IMG/VR virus record: IMGVR_UViG_3300033067_002000 | Location: 1 to 59,244 of that record | Source: a virus | Taxonomy: Duplodnaviria > Caudoviricetes | Length of the DNA stretch: 59,244 nucleotides | Reading direction: 5' to 3' (one strand) | Part shown: piece after piece, positions 34,580-45,397 of the stretch | How the letters are laid out: each line of letters opens with the position of its first letter | Numbering within the stretch: the stretch's first letter is position 1 | Translations under genes and position numbers: made by a program | Notes under the pieces: generated by a model | The model's database searches: none | The model's input: the letters and a program-made list of their open reading frames with translations, nothing else | Told to the model about the DNA's origin: nothing

Positions 34580-37500
34580 ATGGCACGTCCTCTCGTACTC
34601 ATCTTTCAGCAACTCGCAGCCCCGACGGCGACGCCGAACACGCCCGATCTGAACACGATCGTGGTGGGTCCTGCGTACGACCTGTTTGACTACCCCGACG
34701 ACGCAGCGACGATCCTGTTGCCCTCGACGTACGGGCAGTTGCAGGGCCGGGCGGGCAACGGCACATATACGCCGTACAGCCCCCCTGTTGCAGGGAGCGA
34801 CGCGGTCATCGTCCTCGACGGCGGGTACCCCGGGCAGAGCCCAGGCTCTCGCGTGGATCACTCCTCGGTGCGCGCGTATCTGCGCACGCCTCGCGTGGTC
34901 CTCGGTTCTACCTACTTGGGTGCCGGCGTGGCTCCTGTGTTCGGTGGAGCTGTCACGACATCGAGCGCAGACAAGACGCTGATCTCGATCACGGGCGGAC
35001 CGACGACGGACTTCGTGGCGGCAGGCATCCAACCTGGCGACACCGTGATCCTCACGTCGTCCCAGGCCGCGAACGAGCAGACCTTCATCGGCACCGTGCA
35101 GTCCGTCGGCGAACCCGACGCGAACGGGCAAGTGCCGCCTGCCAACGTCGGCCTGCTGCGCCTCACCTCGCAGCTTCCGGATGCCGGCACGGGTGCGAAC
35201 CAGTGGACGTACGATGCCGCAACGGAGATCCGCATCGAGCGGACACTGGTGACGCAAGAGCTGAACGACCCGAGCCACGCCTTTCTGGTGTTCCCGGAAG
35301 GTGGCAGCGACAAGGTCGTGCTCAAGGGTGCCGTGCAAGTGATCGTCGCGATCACTCCGGCGGCCACAACGACAGTGCCGAGCCCTGCCACGACCCTCGT
35401 CAATCGGTCGTTGTCGTACGCCGAGTTGTACCTCGCGTACCGCGCGCTGCGCCAGGACCTCCAGGATGTGGGTTCGGTGACCTCGGCCAGCGTGACGACG
35501 GTGTCGAACGTGCCAGTCGTGGTCGGCTACGGCAAGATCGATGCGCGCAACCCCCTCGCGGTCGCACTCTCGATCGCGCTCCAGAACGGCGGAACGGTAC
35601 CGATCTACGCGTTCGGCGTTGCGACCAACGATGCCGCAGGGCACTTGTCCGCCCGCGCCGCCCTGGCGTCGAGGCAGGACCTCTACTGCTTCGTTCCGCT
35701 GACGCAGGACATCAACATCCACGCGGCCTACAAGGTCGAGTTCGATCAGATGGCGGACCCGAGCTTCGCCAGCACCAACGGAACCATCCAGAAGTTCCGT
35801 GTCTGCATCGGCTCGATCCCCCTGCCGGAGATCGAGACCATCTCGAACGGCTCCATCAGCGGCGTCGCGCAAGCTCCGACGGGCGTGGCGACCGGCAAGT
35901 ATCGGACGCTCTCGATCACGGCCGCGTCGACCGCGACGCTCAACGTGCGCAGCGTGCTGCCGGGCGATTCGATCACGATCGGGCTTACGCCCAGCGCAAG
36001 CGACTGGCAGTCGCGGCGGGGCACCCACAAGGTGGGCCACGTCAACAGCAGCCAGAACTACCCGAACGTCAGCGATCCGATGAGCCTGGAGATCATCCCC
36101 AGCACCACGCGCTGGGATGATGCCGCCGGCGCGACATCGGGCGACATCGAGCTCGTGATCAAGGCCCCCGACGGCACTGTGAAGGTCTCGACCTTGGCGC
36201 AAGTGGATGTGTCCACCGGCGCGGGCGGCACCCTCGGTACGGTGCGGTACACGATGCTCAACCCGACGGCTGTGGGAGGGCCTTACACGGTCCTCTACGC
36301 AGTAAACGGCGCCCTCACGCTGCCTGCGGTCTCGATCGCAGGCTTCGCGATCACGGTGACCGTGAACGGGACCTCGAACACACACGCCGAGGTCATCACC
36401 GCTGTGAACAGCCACGCGGTCGTCAAGACCTTGATGCTCGCCTCGATTCAAGCAGGTGCGGCCAATGTTGTCGCGCCGACAAGCCAAGCCACGCGCGACG
36501 CCATCACCGGCCAGACCGGTTCGGCGGCGAGCTTGGTGGTCGGTGCGGCGGCTGGCAACATCCGGGTCACAGGCCTCACGGGTATGACGGCAGCCTCGGT
36601 GGGTCACTACATGACCATCACCGGCGCGGCCACTCCGGCCAACAACGGCACGTTCCTGATCGCAGTCTACACAAGCGCCACGTCCGTCGACCTCGTGAAC
36701 GCCTCCGCCGTCGCGGGCGACGCCAACAACGCGTCCATCGGTTGGACCGAGCGTCAGCCGTACACCTCGATTCGTCCAATCGCCAGCTCGGCGGTTTCGA
36801 CCATCGTGGTCAACGACGACCTGTACAACCGGCTCGAAGACGGGACCGCGCGTTTCCTCACGGATCTCGTGCGCCCCGGAGACACGCTCCAGATCCCGAT
36901 CGACCCGAACAACTACGGACCGACGGCGTTCGAAGGCCGCGTGTTGTCCTACCTGATCGCGGCGGTGCAGAACGAGAACCGGCTGCTCATCGCGAACGGG
37001 ACGGACGACACGGACCAGGCCGCGAACGAGCTCCCGCACTTCTTCGCGCGAGATCTGCCGGACCGTTACATCGACGACGCGACCCCGAACGCGCAGAACT
37101 ACCGCATCGTGCGGGCGCTCTCCAAGGATGACCAGGTCCTGGCGCTCACAACGATCGTGCAGTCCGCGCGCTCGAAGCGGCTCACCGTCGTGTGGCCCGA
37201 CGTGGGCATGGTCTCGGACCTTCGCGACGGCTCCTTGCCGCGCGCGGTGTCTTCGACACGCACGCTCGCGGGTCCCCAGCCGATGTACTATCTCGCGGCG
37301 GCGGTTGGTGGTGTGGTCGCTGGTGTTCCTCCGCAAGCAGGCCTCACCGGTGGCACGTTCATCGGCTTCGGGGCGCTGTCTCACACGCAGGGCTACTACA
37401 GCGAAACGCAGCTGTCGCAGCTGTCGGACGGCGGCTTGTTCGTGTGCATCCAGGCGACGCCTGGTGCGCTGCCCGAGTGCATCCACCAGCTGACCACGGA

Positions 37501-37819
37501 CACAACAGCTCTCGAAACGGGGGAACTCTCGGTGGTAAAGAACGTCGACTTCCTGTCGCTGTTCTTCCAGGGTATCATCAAGCCCTTCATCGGCCAGTAC
37601 AACGTGCTGCCCGAAACGCTCAACGAGGTCTTCCGGGCCGTCAGCGACGGCGCAGAGGAGCTCAAGGGCCGGAAGCTCGCACGCATCGGAGCGCCGCTGA
37701 TCAGCGGGCAAGTCACCTCGATCTCGGTCTCGCCCTTCAGCGCCGACTCGATCGAGCTGTACTTCACCGGCGCGGTACCTCGCCCCCTCAACCGCGTGAA
37801 CTTCCGGCTGGTGGTGTGA
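34580..37819 (+). CDS. Contractile tail sheath protein with large insertions
   Basis: MARPLVLIFQ N-terminus; IHQLTT...ELSVVKNVDF...PRPLNRVNFRLVV sheath-type C-terminus; 1079 aa. Confidence 0.85.
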   Translation: MARPLVLIFQQLAAPTATPNTPDLNTIVVGPAYDLFDYPDDAATILLPSTYGQLQGRAGNGTYTPYSPPVAGSDAVIVLDGGYPGQSPGSRVDHSSVRAYLRTPRVVLGSTYLGAGVAPVFGGAVTTSSADKTLISITGGPTTDFVAAGIQPGDTVILTSSQAANEQTFIGTVQSVGEPDANGQVPPANVGLLRLTSQLPDAGTGANQWTYDAATEIRIERTLVTQELNDPSHAFLVFPEGGSDKVVLKGAVQVIVAITPAATTTVPSPATTLVNRSLSYAELYLAYRALRQDLQDVGSVTSASVTTVSNVPVVVGYGKIDARNPLAVALSIALQNGGTVPIYAFGVATNDAAGHLSARAALASRQDLYCFVPLTQDINIHAAYKVEFDQMADPSFASTNGTIQKFRVCIGSIPLPEIETISNGSISGVAQAPTGVATGKYRTLSITAASTATLNVRSVLPGDSITIGLTPSASDWQSRRGTHKVGHVNSSQNYPNVSDPMSLEIIPSTTRWDDAAGATSGDIELVIKAPDGTVKVSTLAQVDVSTGAGGTLGTVRYTMLNPTAVGGPYTVLYAVNGALTLPAVSIAGFAITVTVNGTSNTHAEVITAVNSHAVVKTLMLASIQAGAANVVAPTSQATRDAITGQTGSAASLVVGAAAGNIRVTGLTGMTAASVGHYMTITGAATPANNGTFLIAVYTSATSVDLVNASAVAGDANNASIGWTERQPYTSIRPIASSAVSTIVVNDDLYNRLEDGTARFLTDLVRPGDTLQIPIDPNNYGPTAFEGRVLSYLIAAVQNENRLLIANGTDDTDQAANELPHFFARDLPDRYIDDATPNAQNYRIVRALSKDDQVLALTTIVQSARSKRLTVVWPDVGMVSDLRDGSLPRAVSSTRTLAGPQPMYYLAAAVGGVVAGVPPQAGLTGGTFIGFGALSHTQGYYSETQLSQLSDGGLFVCIQATPGALPECIHQLTTDTTALETGELSVVKNVDFLSLFFQGIIKPFIGQYNVLPETLNEVFRAVSDGAEELKGRKLARIGAPLISGQVTSISVSPFSADSIELYFTGAVPRPLNRVNFRLVV

Positions 37820-37821
37820 GC

Positions 37822-38337
37822 GTGAACGCCCGCGACAAAATGGCCGGTGTCTTGGGCGCGCTCGGAAAGGGTGCGCTCAACGTAGGCAAGGGAATGTTCG
37901 GTATGGGCCCGACTGCAAAGGCGGGCCTGGCCGGCAAGGCGCTCAACTACGGCGCGCAGGCGTACACCACTGCGGCGCCGGTCATGTCAGCCATGAGCAC
38001 GGGCAAAGGGGGCGCGTCCGTGAACATGCCGTGGAAGTCGGCGGCGGTGTCGCCCGTGCTGCGCAGCACGTACGCGAAGCTCGCACACCTTGGGGCTTCG
38101 GATCTTGCCGACGTCGCCAGCTACGGATCGTTCATCGGCGCCAAGTTGGTAGACCCGCACAAGCACCCGAAGTTGCACGCCGCCCTCGACGCCGCAGGCC
38201 TCCTTGGGCTCGGCGCGACGACCGCACACAGCATGTTCACCAACCCTGCCGACCGGGGCCCATCAGCCAAGGACCTCACAGGCCTTGCGCTCATGGGGTC
38301 CGCCCTCTTCGACCGCATGCGCAGCGGCGGACACTAG
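37822..38337 (+). CDS. Gly-rich KxA cargo-type protein between sheath and tube genes
   Basis: GTG start at 37816 or 37822; DKMAG, WKSAA and AKLAH sites; amphipathic helices. Confidence 0.65.
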   Translation: MNARDKMAGVLGALGKGALNVGKGMFGMGPTAKAGLAGKALNYGAQAYTTAAPVMSAMSTGKGGASVNMPWKSAAVSPVLRSTYAKLAHLGASDLADVASYGSFIGAKLVDPHKHPKLHAALDAAGLLGLGATTAHSMFTNPADRGPSAKDLTGLALMGSALFDRMRSGGH

Positions 38338-38353
38338 CTTTCGGAGCAACGAA

Positions 38354-39139
38354 ATGGCAACCTACCCGATCGGCGTTACCAAGAGCTTGGCCACCTGGAA
38401 CTTCCAGCGCAACCAGGTAGAGCGCATCACCGACAACGCCACGTTCGACGCGGCGCACCCGGACGACACCCTGCTCCTGGCGGGACCCGCGCGCCGGTCA
38501 GTCGCACGAGCTGGTACCAACTCGGCACGCACGCTCGCGGCGCTCGGGATGTTTACGGCGTTCGGCGTGCAGACGCAGGCGCCGGTGACCCCGATGATGG
38601 CGATCGGCTCTGGCCGCTCGTACTTCCTGCGTGGGAAGTCACAAAGCAGCTGGAACATCCAGCGTGTGATGCTCAACGGGAAGAACCTGCTGCGCGCCCT
38701 GTACCACAACGCGGTCGAAGTCGGCGGGCTCAACCCCGACCAGTTCGACGACCCGGCCGCGTTCGAAGGCGCACCGCAGAGCCAGTTCTTCATCAACCTG
38801 GACTCCGAGCTCTTCTACATCCCGTTCGGAATGGCGGTGATCATGCGCACCAAGTCGCACACCCTCTTGGCGTCGTGCTACTTGGAGCTGTGCATGATCA
38901 ACAGCTGGGGCATGCAGATCGGCGCGGGTCAGGCGATGATCATGGAGTCTGTCTCAGGCTTCTGCGACCGCATCCTGCCCTTCCAGGCGTCGGATGCAAT
39001 GGAAGTTCCCACGGTGGGAAGGCCTCTGATGGACGCCGTGCTGGGTCTCGCGCCCAACACGTTCCCGCCGGCGGTCTACAACCGGATGGGTTCGTTCCCC
39101 GACGACGGGCTCGGGGATTCCACGGTGCCCGCTCTCTGA
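38354..39139 (+). CDS. Putative tail tube protein
   Basis: GGAG SD; AIGSGRSYFLRGK...IQRVML...YLELCMINSW pattern; follows the sheath. Confidence 0.7.
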   Translation: MATYPIGVTKSLATWNFQRNQVERITDNATFDAAHPDDTLLLAGPARRSVARAGTNSARTLAALGMFTAFGVQTQAPVTPMMAIGSGRSYFLRGKSQSSWNIQRVMLNGKNLLRALYHNAVEVGGLNPDQFDDPAAFEGAPQSQFFINLDSELFYIPFGMAVIMRTKSHTLLASCYLELCMINSWGMQIGAGQAMIMESVSGFCDRILPFQASDAMEVPTVGRPLMDAVLGLAPNTFPPAVYNRMGSFPDDGLGDSTVPAL

Positions 39140-39151
39140 TAGACTCGGGGC

Positions 39152-40591
39152 ATGCGCAAGCCCCGCCCTTCTGCACGCCCCTTCAACCCCTCCAATCCGC
39201 TGTTCCCGGCCGAGGCGGCCCTACCTCAAGGTCAGGGCCCCTTCGTCGCGACCAGCGGTCGACTGCCGCTCGTACGCGGCACAATCTTCAGCGTCGATGC
39301 GCGCGGCCACATGTACGCCGTCACCCTCAACGACGGACGGCACATGCAGATGGGACGTCTCCGTTTGCACCCTGGCGATCTCACGCTTCTCCCTGCCCAT
39401 ACCCAAGTCCTGGTCTCCTTCGACGCAGGCATGCCTTACATCATCGGGTGCCTGCCTCCTGAAGTGGCGTCCGTCACAGAGGAGACCCCACAATCGGTCA
39501 CCGACGTCCCCGGCCATGGCGGTGACGATCCCGTCTTGCAACGCAACATGGGAGCAGCATCCCGCGCGCCAGGGGAGCCCAAAGACCTCATGCCGGGGGA
39601 CTACGTAGGCTTGTCACCCGACGGCGCGTCAGTCGCGGCGCTGCACGGTCAGCTCGCACAGCTTCGCGGCGGCCCGCTCGCCAAAGTTCAAGCATTCGGA
39701 GGCTCCGACAAGGTCCAGATCATCGCCAGCCTTTTGCGCGTGGTCACTGAAATGGGCGAGTACAACTACGTCAACGACGACGGCAAGACGTCGTTCATCT
39801 GGCGTGGAGGTACTGACCAACTCACACAGACTGGACCTGACGAAGAGAAGTACACCATCGCTCTGGACGTCGGACACACCGGCGACATGATCCGCCTCGA
39901 AGTACTCAATCGTGAGGGGCAATCGCTCTTCAGGTTTCACGTATCAGCAACGGGCGCCTGTGAGATCTTCGCCGCCGGCGGCATGAACCAACACGGCGGC
40001 TCAGCGGGTTCGGACGTACACCCGATCCGTTTCTACGGTCGGCGGGAGACGGAAGTCGCAGGGGCGAGCTCGGAACGTATTTCCGGGGACGCGACGCACA
40101 CGTACGAAGGCGGACACGTAGAAACGGTCAGCTCTGATCGCAGCACCACGATCGGAGGCAAGTTTCGTCACGACGTCACAGGGGACCACACGCTCGGGAT
40201 CGGCGGAGATGCCCGGGAGACAGTGGTCGGAAAGAAGACCACCACGACCATCGGAGACCATACAGTCAACGTGAAAGCCACCGGAGCGTACGCCGTAAAC
40301 ACCGCAGCGGGAGATCAGACCTTTTCGCCTGGTACTGCGAAGTTCAAGGTCGCGACAAGCCGCCCGGACTCAATTGAGCTGAGCACGAATCCCAGCTCAC
40401 ACGCCACCAAGTTTGAAGAACTGCAAACGATCATGAACGGGTTCAAAGGGCAGCTTGATGCGCTCTTTGCGTTGATCAGCACTCACGTACATCCGGGTAT
40501 TGGCGTGGTCTCTCCCACTCTTACTCCATTGGCACGACCGACAACCCTCGACCTCAGTACCGCCAAGACGCTGATCACCAAGATCGGCTGA
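39152..40591 (+). CDS. Baseplate spike/puncturing protein (gp5/gpV/VgrG-like)
   Basis: N-terminal OB-like region, 8-residue beta-helix repeats (T.I.GD), THVHPG apex motif. Confidence 0.75.
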   Translation: MRKPRPSARPFNPSNPLFPAEAALPQGQGPFVATSGRLPLVRGTIFSVDARGHMYAVTLNDGRHMQMGRLRLHPGDLTLLPAHTQVLVSFDAGMPYIIGCLPPEVASVTEETPQSVTDVPGHGGDDPVLQRNMGAASRAPGEPKDLMPGDYVGLSPDGASVAALHGQLAQLRGGPLAKVQAFGGSDKVQIIASLLRVVTEMGEYNYVNDDGKTSFIWRGGTDQLTQTGPDEEKYTIALDVGHTGDMIRLEVLNREGQSLFRFHVSATGACEIFAAGGMNQHGGSAGSDVHPIRFYGRRETEVAGASSERISGDATHTYEGGHVETVSSDRSTTIGGKFRHDVTGDHTLGIGGDARETVVGKKTTTTIGDHTVNVKATGAYAVNTAAGDQTFSPGTAKFKVATSRPDSIELSTNPSSHATKFEELQTIMNGFKGQLDALFALISTHVHPGIGVVSPTLTPLARPTTLDLSTAKTLITKIG

Positions 40592-40645
40592 GCATTATCT
40601 TTCCGGCTCGGAAGCCTATTTACAGGCGACCCCGGAGGCTCTTCA

Positions 40646-41932
40646 ATGTACGCACAGATCACGGTTCTTTGTGTTTCGTCCGCCGTCACATCCGACATCC
40701 TCGCGCTCGAAAGCACCGCGCCCGAGGCCGCGTTCATGCGCATGGCAGGTACCGGCGGGACCACGGTCGTGATCCGCTGCACAGGGGCGACCTGGGATCG
40801 CCTTCGGCCGTCGCTGCGCCGGCTCTCGGACATGCGCCTCCCGGCCGTGACCGACGCGGGCGTTCGCGTCCCGAACAAGACGCGCCCGGCGCTGACGTAC
40901 AGCGTGGACTGGGTCCCCGGTGGTCGCCCGCGCATCCATCAGGTGGAAGGCGCCGTCTCCGTCGGCGCGGGCACCAACACCCTCACCGTGCGCGGCGAGA
41001 ACCTGCTCGCAGGGACGCAGGCGAAGCTCGACATTCAGCGCGAGCTGATCCTCACGGGCAACGAGTACGCTCCGGCGGGCACGCTCCCGCGTTACAACAA
41101 CCTGGAGACCGTGCTGACCATCACAGCGGTCGCCAAGGGCCCGAACGGTCGCCGCATCGGCTTCCTGGTTCTTCCCGCCACTGGTGGTGGCAGCGTCTCG
41201 GTCGAGGAGTACGCGGACGGCCTCGTCGGCGTGATCGTCACTCCAGCAGCGGGGGCCAACACCGCCACGGCCATCGCAGCGCAAGTCGCTGGCAGCGCCC
41301 TCGCGTCGGTGTGGATCACGGCCACGGCGGTGGTCGGCGCGGCGCTGATCCCGGCCTTTGTCAGCAACGGAGAGATCGTCGGCCCGAACATCATCCCGGG
41401 CCGCCCCTTCCGCTACCTCACCGGCGGCGACGGCGGCGGCGTGGCTATTGCGGACTTGCTCGTGTCGGGCGTCGATCCGACCAACCGTCTGCGCATCGCG
41501 GCACAGCGCGCGGGCAACGACTCGAACAACGTGTCGATCACGTTGCTCGGCGGTCAGGGTGCCGACGCGGTCTCTGTTTCGGGCACCAACATCACCGTGA
41601 CTCGCATCGCCGCGACCACGGCGATCGGCACGCTGGCCACGGCCATCAACGCGAACGCTGCGGCGAACGCCTTGGTGCAAGCGACCGCCGTGGGCGCGGG
41701 CAGCCTCGGAAACGTGACGCAGACATGGCTCTGCGGCGGCGGCGGCGAGCAGCCGGTGGCGCAGGTGGGCGGTGCTCCGGCCACGATCACGCTGCACACG
41801 GACATTTCGATGGTGGTGTCGGTGACTGGCGCCGCGCTGACCACGGCAGGTGTTGCGGCCGGCGAAGTCGTCGGCCTCAACGTGCTGATGGACTACCAGC
41901 GCGTCACGATGAGCCTGGTAGCGGTCGCCTAA
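40646..41932 (+). CDS. Virion structural protein with two sheath-insertion-like beta domains
   Basis: GGAGG SD; LTITAVAKGPNG and LRIAAQRAGNDSNNVSI repeats. Confidence 0.65.
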   Translation: MYAQITVLCVSSAVTSDILALESTAPEAAFMRMAGTGGTTVVIRCTGATWDRLRPSLRRLSDMRLPAVTDAGVRVPNKTRPALTYSVDWVPGGRPRIHQVEGAVSVGAGTNTLTVRGENLLAGTQAKLDIQRELILTGNEYAPAGTLPRYNNLETVLTITAVAKGPNGRRIGFLVLPATGGGSVSVEEYADGLVGVIVTPAAGANTATAIAAQVAGSALASVWITATAVVGAALIPAFVSNGEIVGPNIIPGRPFRYLTGGDGGGVAIADLLVSGVDPTNRLRIAAQRAGNDSNNVSITLLGGQGADAVSVSGTNITVTRIAATTAIGTLATAINANAAANALVQATAVGAGSLGNVTQTWLCGGGGEQPVAQVGGAPATITLHTDISMVVSVTGAALTTAGVAAGEVVGLNVLMDYQRVTMSLVAVA

Positions 41933-42741
41933 CGGCGCTTGTTCTGGTTCTGATTGTGCTGCGACCTCGAAGGCGGCGTCTGGGCAACCGGCGCCGCTTT
42001 CGGCGCTTCGGGCTCCTTGGGCGCCGGAGGCTCCACGTACTCGGGCTGCGTCGGCGCGGAGGTCATGCCCTTGTTCTCTTCGCGACGCTGAAGGATCTCG
42101 GCGTTGATCGCGTCGCGTTGCGCTTCGGTCATCGGACCGCCGGGGGTCAACGTAGCAAGGTCATCAGGAGCATCACCCCGTTGGGTCGCCCGCTGATGCT
42201 CGCGCTGTGCATCCTCGCGCGCCATGGCGTCCTGCTGCTCCTGAGTGAACACCGGCTCCATGACCGGGGCGGGGGCCGTCGTCGCCGGGGGCTTCGCGTG
42301 CGTGCCTTCAGGCATCTGGCCCGTGAGCTGCCTGCGCGACCCCCACTTCCCATCCGACCGAAGAGCTTCTCGCGTCGCGTTCGTGAGGTGCTGCTCGTCC
42401 ATCACCGTCGCAGGGTGTGGTGGCGCGAGGGGGGTCTCGCGCGCGCTCGGCAACGGACCGATGATCGTCGCCGAATGAGGCACCTGCGACCCGGCAGGCG
42501 CGATCGGGACGTCGCTGCGTGCGGCCGGGATGCGAAGCTGGAACGACATGTCCATCTCGTCGTCGACCGCCAGCTTCACCACGCGAACCCACACGGGGTA
42601 AAGGCGCCCTCCGACGTTCGCGTGAAGCATCCGGGAAGTTTGTCCCGGCGCGAAATGCAAATCAATGGACATGCCCGACGTCGGATCCATCATGTTGATG
42701 GTGAATCCGCTGGACTCGTGAATCGCGCTGAACTTGGTCAT
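41929..42741 (-). CDS. Hypothetical protein with Pro-rich C-terminus
   Basis: Convergent 4-bp overlap with the upstream gene; start reassigned to MTKFS. Confidence 0.55.
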   Translation of the reverse strand: MTKFSAIHESSGFTINMMDPTSGMSIDLHFAPGQTSRMLHANVGGRLYPVWVRVVKLAVDDEMDMSFQLRIPAARSDVPIAPAGSQVPHSATIIGPLPSARETPLAPPHPATVMDEQHLTNATREALRSDGKWGSRRQLTGQMPEGTHAKPPATTAPAPVMEPVFTQEQQDAMAREDAQREHQRATQRGDAPDDLATLTPGGPMTEAQRDAINAEILQRREENKGMTSAPTQPEYVEPPAPKEPEAPKAAPVAQTPPSRSQHNQNQNKRR

Positions 42742-42881
42742 GCTGTATGGTTCCTCAGTGAGCTGGACGAAACACCCGGGAATGGTACGCGCCGTCAGCG
42801 ATCTTGGATCGCTGTTAACGACTCTACAGCGAGTCGTCACACTCAACAAGATTGCCCGCGCAAAGCGACTTCTGGAGGCCC

Positions 42882-44672
42882 ATGGCTTGGCAGCGATTGA
42901 ACCTCAACCTTCCCCCGGAACTCCAAACGATCGCGCAAGGAGTGGTGACGGGGATTGACGCAGTAAAGAGTGCATTGCAGCTCGTGGTAACTCAAGCACG
43001 GGCGGCGCAAGTACTCACACAAGACACAGAAGGTGCTGCCGTACAGGCCACCAACGCCGCTATTCAAGCTGCTGTTCAAGCAGTAACCACGCTCGTCAAC
43101 GAACTGCTCGACACGTCTGGTGTCTACCTGCTTCAGATCCCGATCCCCAAGAAGGGCCTCGTGAATGTGATCTCGTCGCCGAACACCAGCGACGAACCGG
43201 GTTCAAACTTCGTCGGGTTCCCCGAAGGAAACATTCTCGGTGCGCTCGGTCTCGATGAAGCTTCGGTTGTTCGGGACGCTCCATCCTTCGCCAAGATCTT
43301 CGAGCCAGGCGGGCTGTTTCTCGGCGGGAACGCCTATCTCGTCAAAGCCATCGCGGAAGCCTTGTACGATCCCAAGGACTCCAATCGTCCAAAGTTCGGT
43401 ACCAGCAGCTTCTGGGCCTACAGCCTGATGCTCGCCGGCGGCTCCGACCTGACCAGTGTGTTAGGTGTCGCGAGCCTCTTCGAGAAACTCTTCACGCCCG
43501 CCAGCAGCGCCAACACCGTTGGTGCATCACGTGGTGTAGCGGATGTTGTTCCTCGCGGACTCAACGTGAAACCTTCGGGACGTGGTTACTTCCCAGTCCT
43601 CAGCTGGGAGCCTGTGGCACCTTCAATCCGCTTGTCAGGCTTCGACGATGCCCGCGTAGTGCCAACACATTACGCGATCATTCGCTCCACAGACTTTCGC
43701 GCCAAGACGGCCGCCAAGGTTCTGGACCTCTTTGCGACGACGGAGCTAACCAAGGACCTCTCGGGACAGTTCGGCGCAAAGGTTCTGTACGTCGCCCCGT
43801 TCGATGGCGTGGTCAATCGCTACGTCGACGAAACGGAGCTTGCCGTAGATACAACGTACTACTACCACGTCGCGTACCGCACGCGCACCGATGCGGATCC
43901 CAGCCAGGGTACATCGCAGCCGGCACCCACTCAGAACAAGAGGCAAGGCCAGCCCATTTCCAACGAAATGCCGAGCGTCGAGAATCCATTCTCACGTCTC
44001 TCCTCGTGCGCGGAGTACCGAAGGCCTAAAAGTGCATCACAGCTCACAGCCTCTGGCCTTGGCAAAGCGCCTGACTGGCAGCGAACACCATCGGCGGCCA
44101 CGCTCGTTCCTGGGGCTGAAAAGTTCCTCGATCGCGCGCTGGAGAAACTCGCCACGCTCGGACAGGCATCACAGACGCTCACGAGCACGAACGAAGCGTA
44201 CCTGGACTTTCTCCAGCGCGAGGTGGACAAGCTCCAACGCGAAGTGGGCGAGCTTCAACTCTTTCTCGGGCAGCTCACGAACATCTTCAGCACGTTGCAA
44301 AGCGGGATCTACGCGACACTTCGCGAAGGCAAAGGAGGTGTCTCCAACTTCTTGTCCGATCTGATTCGGACCCTGGATGACAACACCGACGAGAATCGGC
44401 CCGCGTTCGACACAGGGGACGAATACGTCACCGGCACCGTTTTACTGTGCGTAGGCCCTGATCCTGCCCCCATTGCAGCAGCCTTCGCGCTCTTCACCGC
44501 GCTCTTCGGTCCTCCCGCTGATAGCGAAGCCCTTGCGGGGATCAACTCGATCTCCGCCGGCCTCACAACCGTCGAGCAGGCTTTGATTGATGAGATTCAA
44601 ACGCCTTCAGTGGCGTTCGGAACGGACATGCTCCCTCGACCTCCCGGTCAAGGTGACGCATCCTGTTCGTAA
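42882..44672 (+). CDS. Putative baseplate/tail-associated protein (FN3-like plus coiled coil)
   Basis: GGAGG SD before MAWQR; LSWEP...YVDET...YYYHV FN3-like pattern. Confidence 0.55.
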   Translation: MAWQRLNLNLPPELQTIAQGVVTGIDAVKSALQLVVTQARAAQVLTQDTEGAAVQATNAAIQAAVQAVTTLVNELLDTSGVYLLQIPIPKKGLVNVISSPNTSDEPGSNFVGFPEGNILGALGLDEASVVRDAPSFAKIFEPGGLFLGGNAYLVKAIAEALYDPKDSNRPKFGTSSFWAYSLMLAGGSDLTSVLGVASLFEKLFTPASSANTVGASRGVADVVPRGLNVKPSGRGYFPVLSWEPVAPSIRLSGFDDARVVPTHYAIIRSTDFRAKTAAKVLDLFATTELTKDLSGQFGAKVLYVAPFDGVVNRYVDETELAVDTTYYYHVAYRTRTDADPSQGTSQPAPTQNKRQGQPISNEMPSVENPFSRLSSCAEYRRPKSASQLTASGLGKAPDWQRTPSAATLVPGAEKFLDRALEKLATLGQASQTLTSTNEAYLDFLQREVDKLQREVGELQLFLGQLTNIFSTLQSGIYATLREGKGGVSNFLSDLIRTLDDNTDENRPAFDTGDEYVTGTVLLCVGPDPAPIAAAFALFTALFGPPADSEALAGINSISAGLTTVEQALIDEIQTPSVAFGTDMLPRPPGQGDASCS

Positions 44673-44673
44673 G

Positions 44674-45003
44674 ATGCCCAACTACGACTACATGTGCTGC
44701 AACGAACACCATCAAGAGTACCGTTGCTCCATCTCCGACAAGCCCGCGACGCTCCCGTGTCCAGAATGCGACCAACCGGCCAAGTCCGTCATTCTAGCGG
44801 CGCCGCATGTGTGGAAGAACCTGTACGTGTTCGACTACCCCGGCTCGAAGGCCTTCAAGGCAGGGTACGTATACTCGCATGGAGATGTCGGAGTGCAGAA
44901 GGTGTCGTCAGGGCCGGGCGGGATGCTCAACCCAAAGACGCGGGATCTGCACCCTCTGGCACATGGGATGCAGCCGGAGTGGGTGAAGAAGTCTCCGGAG
45001 TGA
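44674..45003 (+). CDS. FmdB-family zinc-ribbon protein
   Basis: MPNYDYMC..EH...CPEC. Confidence 0.75.
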   Translation: MPNYDYMCCNEHHQEYRCSISDKPATLPCPECDQPAKSVILAAPHVWKNLYVFDYPGSKAFKAGYVYSHGDVGVQKVSSGPGGMLNPKTRDLHPLAHGMQPEWVKKSPE

Positions 45004-45397
45004 GGTGCGCGACGCCGGGCGTTTCGGCGTTCTGAATCACGTTCATGTTGGTGTCCAACATGTGGAGCTTGAGGATGTGGCGCAAGAAATTGGCCTTGCG
45101 CACATCCGACCCTTCCGCTTGACGAGCCAGATGGCCCGTGAACGCGAGCCACGCGCCGAACAATCCGTCCAGAGCCAAGGGCTCACCGCTCGCGCCGTAG
45201 AGCGACGCAAGTTCGATCTTCATCTCCCCCGAGTCTTCGACGAGAAAGCGGGTCAGAACTACCGCGTCAGCCGACAACATGTCTCGGCGTTGCGCGTCAG
45301 CTTCGCAGATGCCGCCCTCGGGGGTCAGGTCACGGACGCGCAGCTCCAGCGGACGCTTGCGCAACAAATCGAAGGCGGGGGTCGCGGGTGTCTCCAT
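44927..45397 (-). CDS. Hypothetical protein
   Basis: TACGTT-N6-ATG start (METPATP). Confidence 0.55.
   Translation of the reverse strand: METPATPAFDLLRKRPLELRVRDLTPEGGICEADAQRRDMLSADAVVLTRFLVEDSGEMKIELASLYGASGEPLALDGLFGAWLAFTGHLARQAEGSDVRKANFLRHILKLHMLDTNMNVIQNAETPGVAHLTPETSSPTPAASHVPEGADPASLG

Noticed and set aside
34550-37711. 1053-aa minus-strand ORF
   Set aside because: Antisense shadow of the sheath gene caused by high-GC codon bias; no recognisable motifs.
34580-40591. Sheath-tube-spike as eCIS, T6SS or tailocin
   Set aside because: Portal, protease, capsid and neck genes indicate a complete virion.
40669-42900. 743-aa Arg-rich plus-strand ORF and many similar alternative-frame ORFs
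   Set aside because: Out-of-frame overlaps of better-supported genes, with the Arg/Gly/Pro-rich composition typical of GC-rich shadows.
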